Program-made: the position numbers and the translations under genes
Part shown: positions 1 to 12,537 of the stretch, in pieces
Numbering within the stretch: position 1 is the first letter of the stretch
Layout of the letters: the number at the start of each line of letters is the position of its first letter
NCBI GenBank assembly: GCA_010093995.1
Contig: ML992509.1
Span: 165,588-229,587 of the forward strand
Source of the DNA: Elsinoe ampelina
Lineage: Eukaryota
Reading direction: 5' to 3'
DNA length: 64,000 nucleotides
Notes under the pieces: model-generated
Told to the model about the DNA's origin: nothing
Seen by the model: only the letters and a program-made list of their open reading frames with translations
Databases searched by the model: none

Positions 1-967
1 TGAAGCTGATCGATTTGCCACGTCTCGTCTCGACACACTCGCCGAGACCCTCACCAAGCTTCCCAAGCCCGCAGCAGAACTGCCTTCGCGAGTAACCTCC
101 ATTCTCCTGCCTACACAGCACAAGCTCCTCACTGCCGGACCCGCCAAAGTCTACGCCCCTCCTCACGGCCGTTTTTTCGTCCAATACCTCTATTCCGACT
201 TCTCCCTCCGCTTCTTCGACAGCGACACCCGCAAACTCCTCGGCCTCTATGAAGCGCTCCACATCGGGCCCATATCCACCGCCCTCTTCCTGGACTCCCA
301 CACCCTCCTCACCGGCGGCGCAGACAGCACCATCGGCATCTTCGGCCTCTCCCGCACAACCAACGACAACATCGACCTCCGTCCTCGCACGTACCTCCAC
401 GGCCACCGCGCCCCGATCACCCACCTCTCCACCGCGCGAGCCTTCGCCACGCTCCTCTCCTCGGACAGCGACGGCCGCGTCATAATCTGGGACATCAACC
501 GCTTCGACAGCCTGCACCTCCTCCGCACACCCTCCCTCCCCGCGCCCTCGGCCCTCGAAATTTCCGATCTGACAGGCCACATCCTCCTGGCAACCCTCAA
601 CATGGCACACCTGTACACGCTCAACGGCCACCTCCTCCTGTCGCAGCGCATATGCGACGCGGACGACAGCATCACCTGCGCCGCTTTCTACGAGGGCACG
701 GCGGGCGGCGGCGGGGAGTGGGTGAAAGACACGGTGCTGTTCACGGGCCACAAGAGAGGGGTGGTCAAGACGTGGGTGCTCACGAATTTGCGGGACGGGG
801 AGTGGCATTTGCAGTTGGTGAGGCAGCTGAATTGCGCCGAGGCCGGGAGGGAGGGTGTCGCGGGCGCGGTGTCTTGTCTGAAGGTGGGGGAGAGGGGGGT
901 TTGGGTCGGGGATGAGGAGGGGAGGGTCACGGGTTTTGGGGTGAATGTGGCGCATGGGAGGAGGTAG
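1..967 (+). CDS. 3' end of BEACH-domain (beige/Bph1-like) protein, C-terminal WD40 repeats; 5' part outside window
   Basis: Frame open from position 2 (EADRFATSRLDTLAETL...DFSLRFFDSDTRKLLGLYEALHIGPISTALFLDSHTLLTGGADSTIGIF...LHGHRAPITHLSTARAFATLLSSDSDGRVIIWD) into ORF 602..967; WD40 GH/WD motifs typical of fungal BEACH-protein tails. Confidence 0.75.
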   Translation, partial: EADRFATSRLDTLAETLTKLPKPAAELPSRVTSILLPTQHKLLTAGPAKVYAPPHGRFFVQYLYSDFSLRFFDSDTRKLLGLYEALHIGPISTALFLDSHTLLTGGADSTIGIFGLSRTTNDNIDLRPRTYLHGHRAPITHLSTARAFATLLSSDSDGRVIIWDINRFDSLHLLRTPSLPAPSALEISDLTGHILLATLNMAHLYTLNGHLLLSQRICDADDSITCAAFYEGTAGGGGEWVKDTVLFTGHKRGVVKTWVLTNLRDGEWHLQLVRQLNCAEAGREGVAGAVSCLKVGERGVWVGDEEGRVTGFGVNVAHGRR

Positions 968-1243
968 ACAGTGGTATTTGGGTTGGGAGATGATAGGGAG
1001 GGGGGATGGCGGTGGGCTGAGATTGGACGAGGGTGCGGATGGACAGAAGTAATTCAGGGATGGAAGGGGTTGTTCATGCAGTTTGGATTTCGCAAATGCA
1101 CACAATGTTCAGAGAAAGTCTGTCGACGTTCAAAAGAGACCCCTGTGCTCCATGCCGTGAAACGTCAATGGTATCTAATACGCCGAGTGTGCATTCTCCC
1201 ATCATGTCGTCGTGTAAATCATTTCCAGTCTCGAGACGAACAC

Positions 1244-2811
1244 CTAGTCCTCTCCTGCCTGTCCTTGAACTTCTCCTTCTTGCATTATTCCCAACCCGAC
1301 ATCTTCCTGCTTTTCCCTTTTCAGCACGAATCTCCTGGGAGCGTCCATCAGACCTGGCCAAATGTCTCGTGGTAGCCAGTCGCCTGTCTCTTTGACGAAC
1401 TGGTTCCGCATGTCTGCGTCTTCTGCGTGGAGCGCCTCGATGTCCCGCATGGCTCTTTCTGCAATCTTCCTTTGTTTGGCTTCGACCATCTTTCGCCTTT
1501 CTACTTCTCTTAGCAAGGACGCATATGAGGCTAGGAAGGAGTCGTAGAACTGTGACAGCTCGTTCAGGGCAGCGATCTTGGTGTGCATCGTGTTGCGGAT
1601 CGAAGCCCATTTGTCGCGGAAGGAGAGCGGGGCGGAAATGCACTGCGGGAGGAGCGATGTGGAGAGGGAAGCCAGAGTCTCGAGGACGGCTTGGAGGAGA
1701 TTGAAGCGACGTTTTGAGACGTCGGTGAGAGACTGGAGAGCGGACAGAGTCAGGCCCATTTCGTCAGCACGTTCCCGGATCTCAAGCACAACGTCCTCGA
1801 CTTGGGCAGCATCATGAGTGAGGACGGAGAGCATCTCGACGCGTTCATCTTCGGAGATGGGAGCCCTGTTTGCTTCTGCGGTAGCACCGGCGTAGAGAGA
1901 CGCCTCAGTAGGAGAGTCGGCGCCGCTGCTGAGCGGATTGGTATCGGTGGAGTCGGCAGCGGCACGGGCAGCCTCGCCTCCACCTTCTGTATGCTTGAGG
2001 GCGGTGATGCAGAGATCGTAGTGAGAGATGAGCGACTGGAGGAGGGACGCCATCTCGGTCGCGTTGTGGGTAAGGGCGGCGAAGCTCGAGGCAATAGTCT
2101 CGTCTTCAGGAAGGGCGGTGTTGGTGTTTGGCTTGAGAGTGTCTATTTCGAAGATTGACGAATCGATCTGCTCCAGGGAGTGGCCCAAAGATGTCCTGAC
2201 CTCGTGCAGCGCCGACTGTGCATCATTGTAAGAGTCGATGGTGGCCCGGACAGAGTCGAAGAGGTCGGAGTGAGTCGCCTCGTCGATGAAATCGTAGAGC
2301 GTCTTGTCTGGCTCTTGCACCGCCTTTCCCTTCCCTGATGAATCCCCTGCATGTATGGATTCGTCCCCGGTCTCTGGAGAAGCACCGAGCGACGAGCTGA
2401 CGAGAGTCTTTCTGAGTGAATTGAGCGTAGATTGGAGGCGGTCATGAGCGACGTCGAGAGACTTGACAATGGACTGTCGTGGTCAGTGGAAGCTCACTAC
2501 TTTCAAGGTCGACGTGATGTGATGGATACCGAAAAGTCAAGCTGTGCCTCGAGACCAACAGATTCCAGTCCGCCATGGATGTTCTGTAGGACGTGGATCT
2601 GCTCTTCTATTCCATTGCGGACATATGTATTCTTGGCCTTCAGGACACCTCCTTGCTCTACCAGAGCTCTTGCGTCTTCAACGATCTCATTTGCCTTGTA
2701 GACATGAGTGGTGGCTGAAAGCGACCTCTTGGCCGCGACAAAGTAGGCGACGAGCCGATCGAGTGAAGGAGGTTCCGAGAGGCTTCCAGCTGGTGACGCA
2801 GAGTTGGACAT
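1244..2811 (-). CDS. ATG17: Autophagy protein Atg17 (2 exons, intron 2474..2529, ~503 aa)
   Basis: N-term LVAYFVAAKRSLS, KTLYDFIDE, LLQSLISHYDLCITALKHTEGG, C-term GDWLPRDIWPGL; GT..ctgac..AG intron restores frame. Confidence 0.9.
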
Positions 2812-4077
2812 GTATGAAGCTGATGAGCAGCAGTCAGTGTGACTCCATGGTATGATGGAATGACGCTGGTGTGGTCGAAGTATATTGATGGATCTGCAGG
2901 GCAGGTTGATCGAAGACGAATGGACGAATGATGAGGAAGCTCGCACGAGCTGGAGTCTTTGAGAGCTTGTGATGGACAGACAAGCAACATCTCCATGGTT
3001 AACCCCGATTGGTCACGGCAGAGCTGTCAGTATCCACTCGGGTCTACAGTGGGATCTGAACAGACAGAAGCAAGCCTGTTCTCCCTCCTCATGCTTTTGG
3101 CTACACAAGAGCAACGTCGAAGCCTGAGACAGAGGAAGGATCCCGCAGACAGCACGTGGAACGCTGTAGGAATTGCACAATCTGCAGATCAGGGAAGCTC
3201 TTTTTGATGAGAAACCCGTAGCTGCTGTTCTTCCTCTTCGCATGCACTTCATTGCCACCCATCAACGAATAGTTTCTTTACGGGTCTGTGCTTCGGTCAA
3301 GGCCACGTATATCAGGCAATGATTAGGAGATCTGCTGAAGGCCGTCCAATCTGCTTCACTGCCCAAAAGCCCACCAGCATGCCAGCATAGGCAGAGCAGC
3401 TTGTTGTAGAAGCAACAGCCGGGCGACCCAAAAGATGCTGCTCCAGATCATTTCTAGTAAGACTGATCACCTTCCAGCACTCCATTCAATAATGTAGTGA
3501 ATGTACTGTAGTGAAATTCCAAAACATGGTATACCTGTGAGACAAATTGCTCACCTCACGTCTCCCATGCCGGCAAGCCGGAGATGCAGGAACGGTCGAT
3601 CCGAACGATGGTCTCGTGCTCTCCCCCCAGCCAAAGGTCAACGGTGAACGCCACTCTGGCCATTTGATTTGTTGGCCGGATCCTTGTGCGCAAGGGTCCT
3701 TTTTCATCAGACTACCGTGGAACGGTGGAACTTTGCGGTGTGCTTCTGCCCTGCACAAAGCACGAGCCGCAATGACAAGTCACGCAATCCAGTGTCCATC
3801 TCACACAAGATCTGAACATCCCATACCTGCGGTTCAGTCACGCCATTGAGCACGCACTCGGCGACAGAAGATACGCGCAGCCTCGTCGTACGACCTTCCA
3901 CATCCCTTCGATCGTCGACACACGCCCCGAGCAATCATACGTCGTCAGAGTCATTTGCTTTGCCCGCTCCGTCTGCCCCAAATTACACAAAAGCGTTACC
4001 AGCCAAAACCCACGACCCCGGTCCACAACTCAAATGTCTCCGAATTGCTGAGCGACGATTCGAAATCTGAGCCTGCC

Positions 4078-6330
4078 ATGGCGTCAGATCCAGCAATATC
4101 CGTCTCGTCCCAGCCTGGCACGCACGTCGTCTCGGCCTCGGACGAGCAAAACCAACCTTCGCACAACGACGACGACATCCACCACCTCCTCTCCCCTGGC
4201 ACCGAAATGTCAGAGGACAACAACCCAGAGACCTTGTGCCACCACGACCACGACCATGAGAGCCTAAAGTCGCGGCGGCAGCAAGGCCAGGAAGACGATC
4301 TCATCACCACCGAGCGCAACATCAGCATCCCCACGGCTTCGAAGCACGCCGAACACGCCGTCGCTCCCTTTCTTGCCAAACACATACCGAGCCAGTACAA
4401 CCCGCTCGGACACACACATCTTTTGAGGGTAGAAGAAGACCAGCCCGCTGCGAGCTCGAGCACGAAATTTTGCTACAGACACAGGCCGGACCTGAAGTGC
4501 AGAAGACAAGCCAACGAGCCGTCCATGGAGCAGTTGCAGAATGAGCTGGGGAGGCTGTCACAATCAGACCAACAAGCAATATCGCATGTCTGGTCGCTAT
4601 TCTCCGCCGCCCCCTCGAAGCACAGGAACCTGATGCTGCAGGGTATTTTGACGCAGTGCTGCTTCCCTCAGCTGTCCTTTATCTCCGCATCGGTTCGAGA
4701 CCTCATCAAAATCGACTTCCTCTCCGCACTTCCCTCCGAACTCGGCTTCAAGATTTTGTGCTACCTCGACACCACCTCGCTATGTAAAGCAGCGCAGGTG
4801 AGCAGGAGGTGGAGGAGTCTGGCTGACGACGACGTCGTTTGGCATCGCATGTGCGAGCAACACATCGACCGGAAATGCACAAAGTGTGGTTGGGGACTGC
4901 CCCTCCTTGAGAGAAAGAGATTGCGGATAGAGAAGAGACAAATACGACTGCGCGCTATCGGACAAGATCTGGCTCATGATCTGAACAGGATCTCACCGCC
5001 CGCTACACCCTCGATACAGCCTGCAGGTGAAGCCACCAAGGGGGCTGCCGGGGTCAAGCGACCCGCCGAGGATACCGACGAGCATGGCTCGCCCAAGAAA
5101 ACATGCACCGCCGGTCCAGGCGGCGATGAGTCCTACTTCCGCCCTCGTCTCCGACCCTGGAAAGACGTCTACAAGGACCGCTTCAAGGTCGGTACGAACT
5201 GGAAGTACGGTCGCTGCACCACACGTACCTTCAAAGGCCACACAAACGGTGTAATGTGCCTGCAATTCGACGACAGCATCTTGGCGACAGGCTCCTACGA
5301 CGCCACCATCAAGATCTGGGACATTGCGACAGGCAAGTGCCTGCGGACCTTGAAGGGACACATCTCGGGCATTCGGTGCTTGCAGTTCGACGACTCGAAG
5401 CTCATGTCCGGGTCCATGGACAACACCATCAAGGTCTGGAACTGGCGAACGGGTCAGCTGCTGCGTACCTTCCACGCGCACAATGGGGGCGTCATCGCTC
5501 TGCACTTCGACACCCACTTCCTCGTCTCCGGCTCCATGGACCAGACGATCCGGGTGTACGACCTGCGCTCGTCAACGAAATGCACCTTCCTCCTCCGCGG
5601 CCACACCGACTGGGTCAACGCCGTGAAGATCGACTCGGCTTCACGCACCCTTCTGTCCGCCTCAGACGACTGTACCGTGCGTCTCTGGGACCTGGACACA
5701 AAGCAATGCATCAAAGTCTTCGAAGGCCACGTCGGACAAGTCCAACAGTGCCTCTTCCTCCCGCACGAATTCGACCTCGACGACGCCGACCTCGCCCCAG
5801 GAGACAAGGACGACGACGCCTCCTCCACCGCCAGCCGGACGCCGCCCGCACTGAACGTCCAGCCCCACGCCCATCACCCGGTATCAACCAACTCTTCCTT
5901 CGACAATGCCGATCAACCCTTCTGGCCGTCAGAAGCAGACAAAGACCGCCCTGCACCACCGAGGTACATGCTCACCGGCGCGCTGGACAGCACTATTCGT
6001 CTCTGGGATGTGCATGCTCCCGCCACCTCCTCGTCTTCCACGCCAGACAAGCCCCCCTCGACCACGAGCTGCTTGAGGACTTTTTTCGGGCACGTCGAAG
6101 GCGTCTGGTCTCTGGCCGCAGATCACCTCCGCATGGTATCCGGTAGCGAAGACCGTATGGTGAAGATCTGGGACCCGAGGACAGGAAAGTGCGAGAGGAC
6201 GTGGACCGGTCATGCTGGACCCGTGACGTGTGTAGGGCTGAGCGACTCGAGGTTGGTGAGCGGGAGCGAGGACTGTGAGGTGCGCATGTTGGTGTTCGGG
6301 GAGGAGAGGGGGAGGGAAGATGAGGATTGA
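4078..6330 (+). CDS. sconB: SCF E3 ligase F-box/WD40 subunit, sulfur controller SconB/Scon-2/Met30
   Basis: [21 protein letters not shown]-box [40 protein letters not shown], multiple WD40 repeats; first ATG in ORF at 4078. Confidence 0.92.
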   Translation: MASDPAISVSSQPGTHVVSASDEQNQPSHNDDDIHHLLSPGTEMSEDNNPETLCHHDHDHESLKSRRQQGQEDDLITTERNISIPTASKHAEHAVAPFLAKHIPSQYNPLGHTHLLRVEEDQPAASSSTKFCYRHRPDLKCRRQANEPSMEQLQNELGRLSQSDQQAISHVWSLFSAAPSKHRNLMLQGILTQCCFPQLSFISASVRDLIKIDFLSALPSELGFKILCYLDTTSLCKAAQVSRRWRSLADDDVVWHRMCEQHIDRKCTKCGWGLPLLERKRLRIEKRQIRLRAIGQDLAHDLNRISPPATPSIQPAGEATKGAAGVKRPAEDTDEHGSPKKTCTAGPGGDESYFRPRLRPWKDVYKDRFKVGTNWKYGRCTTRTFKGHTNGVMCLQFDDSILATGSYDATIKIWDIATGKCLRTLKGHISGIRCLQFDDSKLMSGSMDNTIKVWNWRTGQLLRTFHAHNGGVIALHFDTHFLVSGSMDQTIRVYDLRSSTKCTFLLRGHTDWVNAVKIDSASRTLLSASDDCTVRLWDLDTKQCIKVFEGHVGQVQQCLFLPHEFDLDDADLAPGDKDDDASSTASRTPPALNVQPHAHHPVSTNSSFDNADQPFWPSEADKDRPAPPRYMLTGALDSTIRLWDVHAPATSSSSTPDKPPSTTSCLRTFFGHVEGVWSLAADHLRMVSGSEDRMVKIWDPRTGKCERTWTGHAGPVTCVGLSDSRLVSGSEDCEVRMLVFGEERGREDED

Positions 6331-6384
6331 GAGGGACCTGCTACAATTAGTGGGGGCACAGAATGACAGGGAAGACCATGCGGG

Positions 6385-9300
6385 CTAGGAAGGATGAAGG
6401 AGGACGTGATTGATTTGATCTTCTTGAATGTACTTTAGCGAGGCGCTTGGGGAACTTGTCGGTTTCCCCGTATGAGGACGGATGGCCTCGCGGCTAGATT
6501 CAACATGGCTCGGCGCCGTGCGGCGCTTTTCGGTGGCTTCTTCATCGTGTCGGATACCACTTAGCTGTACTTCCGGGTCGTTGGACTCGGTAGAATGAAG
6601 TCGTTCGATTGCAGGTGCCTTCTGGCCCAGATCTTGGTGATTCGGCGTCATGAGGAGGCCGGAATGTTGGCCCCTTGGATTGCGTCTTCGTCAGAGACTA
6701 TCTGCTCGAAGCTGGCATGTCCACGCCTGGTACTCGACCTCCATCTTCTCCTCCGACCGCAATGGCAGCACACCAGCTTGTAACGTCTTCTTGGATATCC
6801 CACCGCGTGCGCTGATAGGTCTCCTGGGATGGTCACAAAGTCAGCATCTGCTCTGCCAACAAGTCTCTTGCTTGAACATGGAGGATTGAGTGCGTCAGAT
6901 GGTCGCTCAACCACCATCACAGCCAACCACCGGTTGTGTGTTCCCTGGGGCTGACTGAGGGGCTGCTCGCGAGGTTTCATCTTGCTAGGGATGGAGAGTA
7001 CGGTTGGGATAGGTGCAACGTACCTGCGGTGTCCGGGCTAGCATTTCTCTTCGAACAACTGCGATGCTGTCAGCTTTTACTCTCCCAGGAAGTCTATTGC
7101 TTGGATATGAAGGATTGGGTGCGTCAGATAGTCGCTCAACCACCATCACAGCCAACCACCGGTTGTGTCTTCCCTGGGGCTGACTGAGGGGCTGCTCGCG
7201 AGGTTTCATCTTGCTAGGGAGGAAGGGTGCGATTTGATCAAGAGCAACGTACCCATGGTGTCCGGGCTAGTATATCTGCCCGGTTTCTCTTGGGCCTACG
7301 ACGTTGTCAGCATCTGCACTCCCAGGAAGTCTTTTGCTCGGATATGAGGATTGAGAACGTCAGATATTCGCCCAACCACCATCACAGCCAACCACCGGCT
7401 GTGTCTTTCCTGGGGCTGACTGAGGGGCTGCTCGCGAGGTTTCATCTTACTAGGAGGGTGTGATTGGATCGAGAGCAACTTACCGATGTGTTCTCCGTGC
7501 CAGCTTTTGTCTTCGACCACTCTCTTCGGCCTGCGACGTTGTCAGAATCTTGCTCCCAGGAAGTGTCTTGCTTGAATATGGCGGATCGGGTGCGTCAGGT
7601 TATTGCTGCTGCTCTCGGCTCCCGTCACGGCCAACCGCCGGGTGTGTAGGTGTGGTGCTGACTCAAGGGCTGCTGGTGGGGGTTCATCTTGCTAGGAGGG
7701 TGCGATTGGATCAAGAGGAACGTACCAAATTTATCCATACCGATGGCGTCTGTACGGAAACCGATCCTGGTCCTGCAACGAATTCAGCACCTGGTCTTTC
7801 ACGAAGAAACTTGACTAGAGATGTAAAATGAGGATGCGTCAGATATTCGCTCAACGACCACCACGATCAACCACCTGGCTGTGTGTGTCCATGGGGCTGA
7901 CTCGCAGGCTGCTGGCTGATTTCATCTTGCTTTGAAGGAGAGGACTTGGTTCAAGGAGAACGTACCGATTGTTTCTGTGCCGGTGTCTATCCTGAATATG
8001 CAACAAAGTCAGCATCAGCTTGTCAAGAAGGGTCCGTCTTGATGGAGGATAGAGATGCGTCAGATATTCGCTGACGGGACCGTCACGGCCGACCACCTGG
8101 TGTGTATATTGTGGGGCTGGCTCAAGGGCTACTCGTGATTCATCTTGCTTGAGAGGGAGTGCTTGGTTCAAGAGGGACGTACCGATCGTGGATGCCGTAT
8201 CTGGCATACTGGATTTACCAGGATCCGGAATCTCGAGTTCAGGGCGGTGCTGGACTCTCGGAGCGCTTCCTTGCTCTTCTGGAGATATGGTCGAGTCGCT
8301 TGGACAGCTGGAGAAGAGGTTTTCTGTCATGCTGTGCGAAAGTCAGCACTGGCTTCTTTCTCGGAGATTAGGCGAAGTCAGGGTCTGAGAGACTCGGCGG
8401 TTCAGATATTGCGTTGGTGTCGGTCATGATTGGACCGGATAGCGACGTAGATCATCACACCGAGGTCGAGTCTCTCTAGAGTCAGGCGGGGCAGGCTTAC
8501 AAGGAGAGCTGATCAGGTCAATCTTGGTGATGGCTGGTGGGCGAGTGCACCCTGATTCTTCCATGTCTTGGAGGGGACTTCGGGTCTGTCATGGTCAGCA
8601 TCGGCTTCTCTGGCAAACGCAAAGGAGTGAACAGAAGACGCTGAACCGATTGGACTCGACATTGTCAGACTTGTTGTTAAACCTCGGCCATGATTTGGGC
8701 CGTTCGCTCGGGTTTGGTCATCATGCTACATCGAGTTTTGTTGGGAGAGCGGATCAGAAACTCACTCGTCAAGGATATCGCGGCTCGAAGACATGACCAT
8801 GGAGTGTGTCTGCACATTGTCAGTACCTGGCTGTGAAGTCTTTCAACGTCTCTTTCGTCGAAGTCGGCAATCTCAGATGGCCAGATTTGTTTCTCATCGG
8901 AACCTCTTCCAAGAGAGTGCCGTCAAACAAATGCATCGGTCTCATCATCGGCCGAGTAGCTGTACGCCAGTAGAGGATCAACTCACCATCAATGATGTCC
9001 AGGACTCGGACATGCATCCCAGGTCTCGTCTGCACTGCGTCAGTGATTGAATATGAGAGTCGTGATGCGGTCTATGCAGGGCTGGCTCCTCAGATCCACG
9101 GTTTCATGCTCGTGATCATTGATAACCGCTACAAGAGGGCTATCATCAAATACTAATGATGATCATCACCGGAGCGCAGGCGTAGATGCTATGTGAAGTG
9201 CGGACTTACTAAGATGAGAGATTTGGGCGTGCTTGCCTCCGAGGGCTATCGAGTCTGCATGACTGATTGACGACTTTCTGGCGAGGTGTGATCGCGGTAG

Positions 9301-10915
9301 TGAGGATCTGGTCGTGGGAGGACATCGGTCGCGGGTCACTGTCCAAGATTCCTGCTCAGTGTCAGCAACTAGCCCGCTTCATACAGTCTACATGTCTGCT
9401 CAGCCTTCAACGTCTCAGAGAATCGGTATCTCTCCTTGTTGACCGTCGTGGATGAAACATCCCGAGGCTAACGTCGGCTAGTATCTGTTGTCTTTGCTCA
9501 TCACTGAGAGATTGGACATTGGGAGAGTGTATGGGGAGACTTTCATGCAGCTGTTGGGAGCTCATCCGGCGGTAGCTCTACAGCTCGGATAGCTGGAAAC
9601 CCCGGTGCAGGTCTTCGAATCTCTGGAAGATGTCAGCGTTCCGTCGCGACAGATAAAGCACAAAACTCTTTGGACAAAGAAGCCTCATCAAGTAAATGTC
9701 GAGTTTTCTCCAGCGACAGACTTTTGGTGCCACATCTCGGCTGTGTCTCCAGAGATGCAGTCACCATCGTCTTGGACAGAAGTTCTGATCATCATGCAAG
9801 GCTTATCAGACAGTAGGAGATCCTACGTACCTTGTCTAGATTCGGAGATCGGCACGGGTCGACCTTCTGATCCATGTCTCTGCCGTCAACGCGGGAGGCT
9901 AATTCTCGATTGTGAGTGCGGCGAGGGACGTTGTGAAGCCGGGGAAATTTTGGCCACTGAGCTTTGCGACGAATGATGGAACGGCACTAGAACATGTTGG
10001 TCGTCAGTATCGATCTTGTAGGCGTCTGTGGCAGAGACAGTGAAATATGGGTCCTTCAGAGCGCGTGCTGTCCCAGTGACGGTGACAGTCTTGAGAGCCA
10101 GGTGTGTTGCCATGGCTTTGATCTTCGGCCCCGTGTGTAAGGTGGCATCGATCTTGGATGCGCGATCTCATCTTCAGGTGATATCCATCTGTGTAAGAGA
10201 AAGGACAGGTGGAGGACTTACTTGCTCTGGAACCTTGGTCGAATTTTCGACACGCAATCGACCATCTGGTAGACGAAAGGAGGCGTCTTGATATTGGTAG
10301 TCGGTGAGAGTCCTGAGACATGGGATTGTCAGCTTCGAACTTGTCTGGCTTTGCATGGATGGATATCATTGGAGACGCCAGTCAGATTCTTGATGTGATG
10401 CCTTCTTCCCGTCGACGGCTTGACTTTCAACAAGATGCCCCTGTGTTTGAGTGCATCGATGTTCTGGTCCAGAGCCTTTGGATGCCCCGTGTGTGAGGTG
10501 GCTAGACTCTGGCGGCATTGACTGCCGAGGAGATATACTCCGAGCCGCTTCTCATCCTGGCGTCTTTCGGATCATAAGAAATAGGTCTGGACTTACCGTC
10601 GGCTTCGACATGCTGCAACCTCGACGTCAGAGTCGTCAAACTCGAGTCAGGAATGAATAAGATCAAATCTGGAAGATGGTCAGCGACTGATCTGAAGTTG
10701 GACGAGGCGACGGCGATTCGATCCAGCCCAGCTCAGACTGTCTTGCTCTCGACTTACGGGCATCCACCAACTTGCTTGGTCGAAAGACACTAACGCAGTC
10801 TGGTGTACCCTCTTTGCCATTTTGTTCTGTCATCCTTGCGTGGGAAGGTAAGAGAAGGAGGGAGGGAGGATGGTAGACTCACCTGTGACCAGACCGGATA
10901 GGTAAAGCACATGAT
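6385..10915 (-). pseudogene. Possible decayed minus-strand gene containing the internal repeats
   Basis: Fragmentary ORFs 6385..6651 and 7851..8330; peptide QDESRVALEPAPQYTHQVVGRDG recurs as QDETSRAAPQSAPGKTQPVVGCDG but followed by stops; candidate first exon MCFTYPVWSQ then GTGAGT donor near 10882. Confidence 0.3.
6800..8200. repeat. Degenerate tandem repeat, six copies of ~220-240 bp
   Basis: Anchor TTCATCTT preceded by CAACCACC..G(G/C)CTGACT..GGGCTGCT recurs near 6974, 7203, 7439, 7681, 7919, 8137. Confidence 0.9.
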
Positions 10916-12537
10916 CATGTCATGTCATTATGGACGGTTGCAGTGACTTGTGGCGGCGCGCGTTACTTCTGGTAAGGGGCAATAGAGTGCTTGAGGTGGT
11001 GGTGGCCATGTGAGAGTCAGCATAATACAGGTGGGCAGCGTGTGTCGAGGTGGGCTGCGAAAGTTACCATTGTCAAAGCAGGCTCTAAGAGCGGCCATGT
11101 AGGATGATGGTGAAAGTTGGTGGTGTGGAAGGGGCAGACATTGTCTGTGAGTGTGTCAGTGCTGAGGTCCCAGGATGAGGTGGTGTTGGGAGCTCAACCA
11201 TGCCGACTGGGAAAGGGTACCTTCGACTTTTTCTTAATGCTCTGACGTGTTTCTTTTGACTGTAGTATACTCTGCGGTGTTGGTAAGCTGAGTAGGAGGA
11301 CTTGTCATCGCTGGTGAGAAGCTGGGGGGAGTCGAGGTGGCGGCGCCTTTGACGCGACCGGAGAAGAGGTTGATTCTCACCTAGGTGTTTGTCAACGCTG
11401 TAGTATCTGGTCGTACCTGCGACGCGACGAGTATCAGTATGATGATGGAGACTCCTCGCACTGGTGGATCATACCTCGAAGATCATTGTCGTTGAGCTTG
11501 CTGGCGGCGGGCACTCACGCGGGAAAGGTGCGGTCGCGCGATCGCAGCATCGAATGCTTGACGTCTTCTCAATCAAGAGATAGCGAGGAAGCTTGTAGCA
11601 GAGGTAGATGACCAGAGAGGGTCATCTACGGTGGTATAGAAGGAGCTGTGAGGGAAGGTGGTCAGCTTTCTTGAGCTGCGACAGGGCGGTCGCGTCGTGT
11701 GAGGAATACCGCGAGGCGGTCCATGACTCACAAGGACATATCAAGTCTCGCTGTGCATACGCGGTGCTTCTAGCTTTCATCGATGATGATGAGCTTCGAC
11801 GAAGAAGCGGCAACGAAACATGGGAGTGGTGTTGTGATGGTGGAGCTTGAGAGGGAAGCTCGGAGGAATTTTGAACGTGGGCGGCAGCGTCACCAAGGGG
11901 AGGTCAGTGCACCGACACTGACCCAGCAACACCTCTGCATCACGTTGAAGGCAGCTCTCTCTGGTTTGACGGCTCGTCGTGGACCGTGTTTACACTCTTT
12001 ACAAGCTTGCAGCAAGGACACGCTCACAAGATCGACTCGATGTGGCACGTTGAGGCGTCACCTGGCTCTCCTTTCCATACACTTTGATGGGGAGAGGCTA
12101 CCGATCATCAAAGGATCACGGATTTGCTGCTTTGAAACGAGATGCACGCACAAGAGCTGGACTTGCCACAAAGAAGTCTTGAAAAGATGCCGTCTTTGTT
12201 ATACTACACAATGATATTCCGCCTCCAAAAGACCCCAGATCATGCCTCTACCCTCCATACAAGAATCTGTCCTGACTCTGGTCATTTCAAGTCTTCTAAT
12301 GCCGTAAATGTCGCCATCATGCACCCTGGGTGCTTATAAAATAGACCTTGATAGTGCCAAGACATTGCCACCGCCAACCCAAAAATTTCCCTTTCATGAA
12401 CACTACCACCGCATCGTCACCCAACACTGTGCAATACTGCCTGCTAATATTAAATCGAGTACTTTGCTCGGGTCAGAGCTGCTTGTCTAAAAGAAAAGTG
12501 TCCCTACCGCGGTCTGGGACCGTCCCAATTTGCAAAT

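Noticed and set aside
6800..8200. CRISPR-like array interpretation of the repeat
   Set aside because: Fungal DNA, units ~230 bp, inter-core segments are homologous to each other rather than unique spacers, no cas genes
8300..12300. Transposable element
   Set aside because: No transposase or reverse-transcriptase motifs, terminal repeats or AT-rich RIP signature seen
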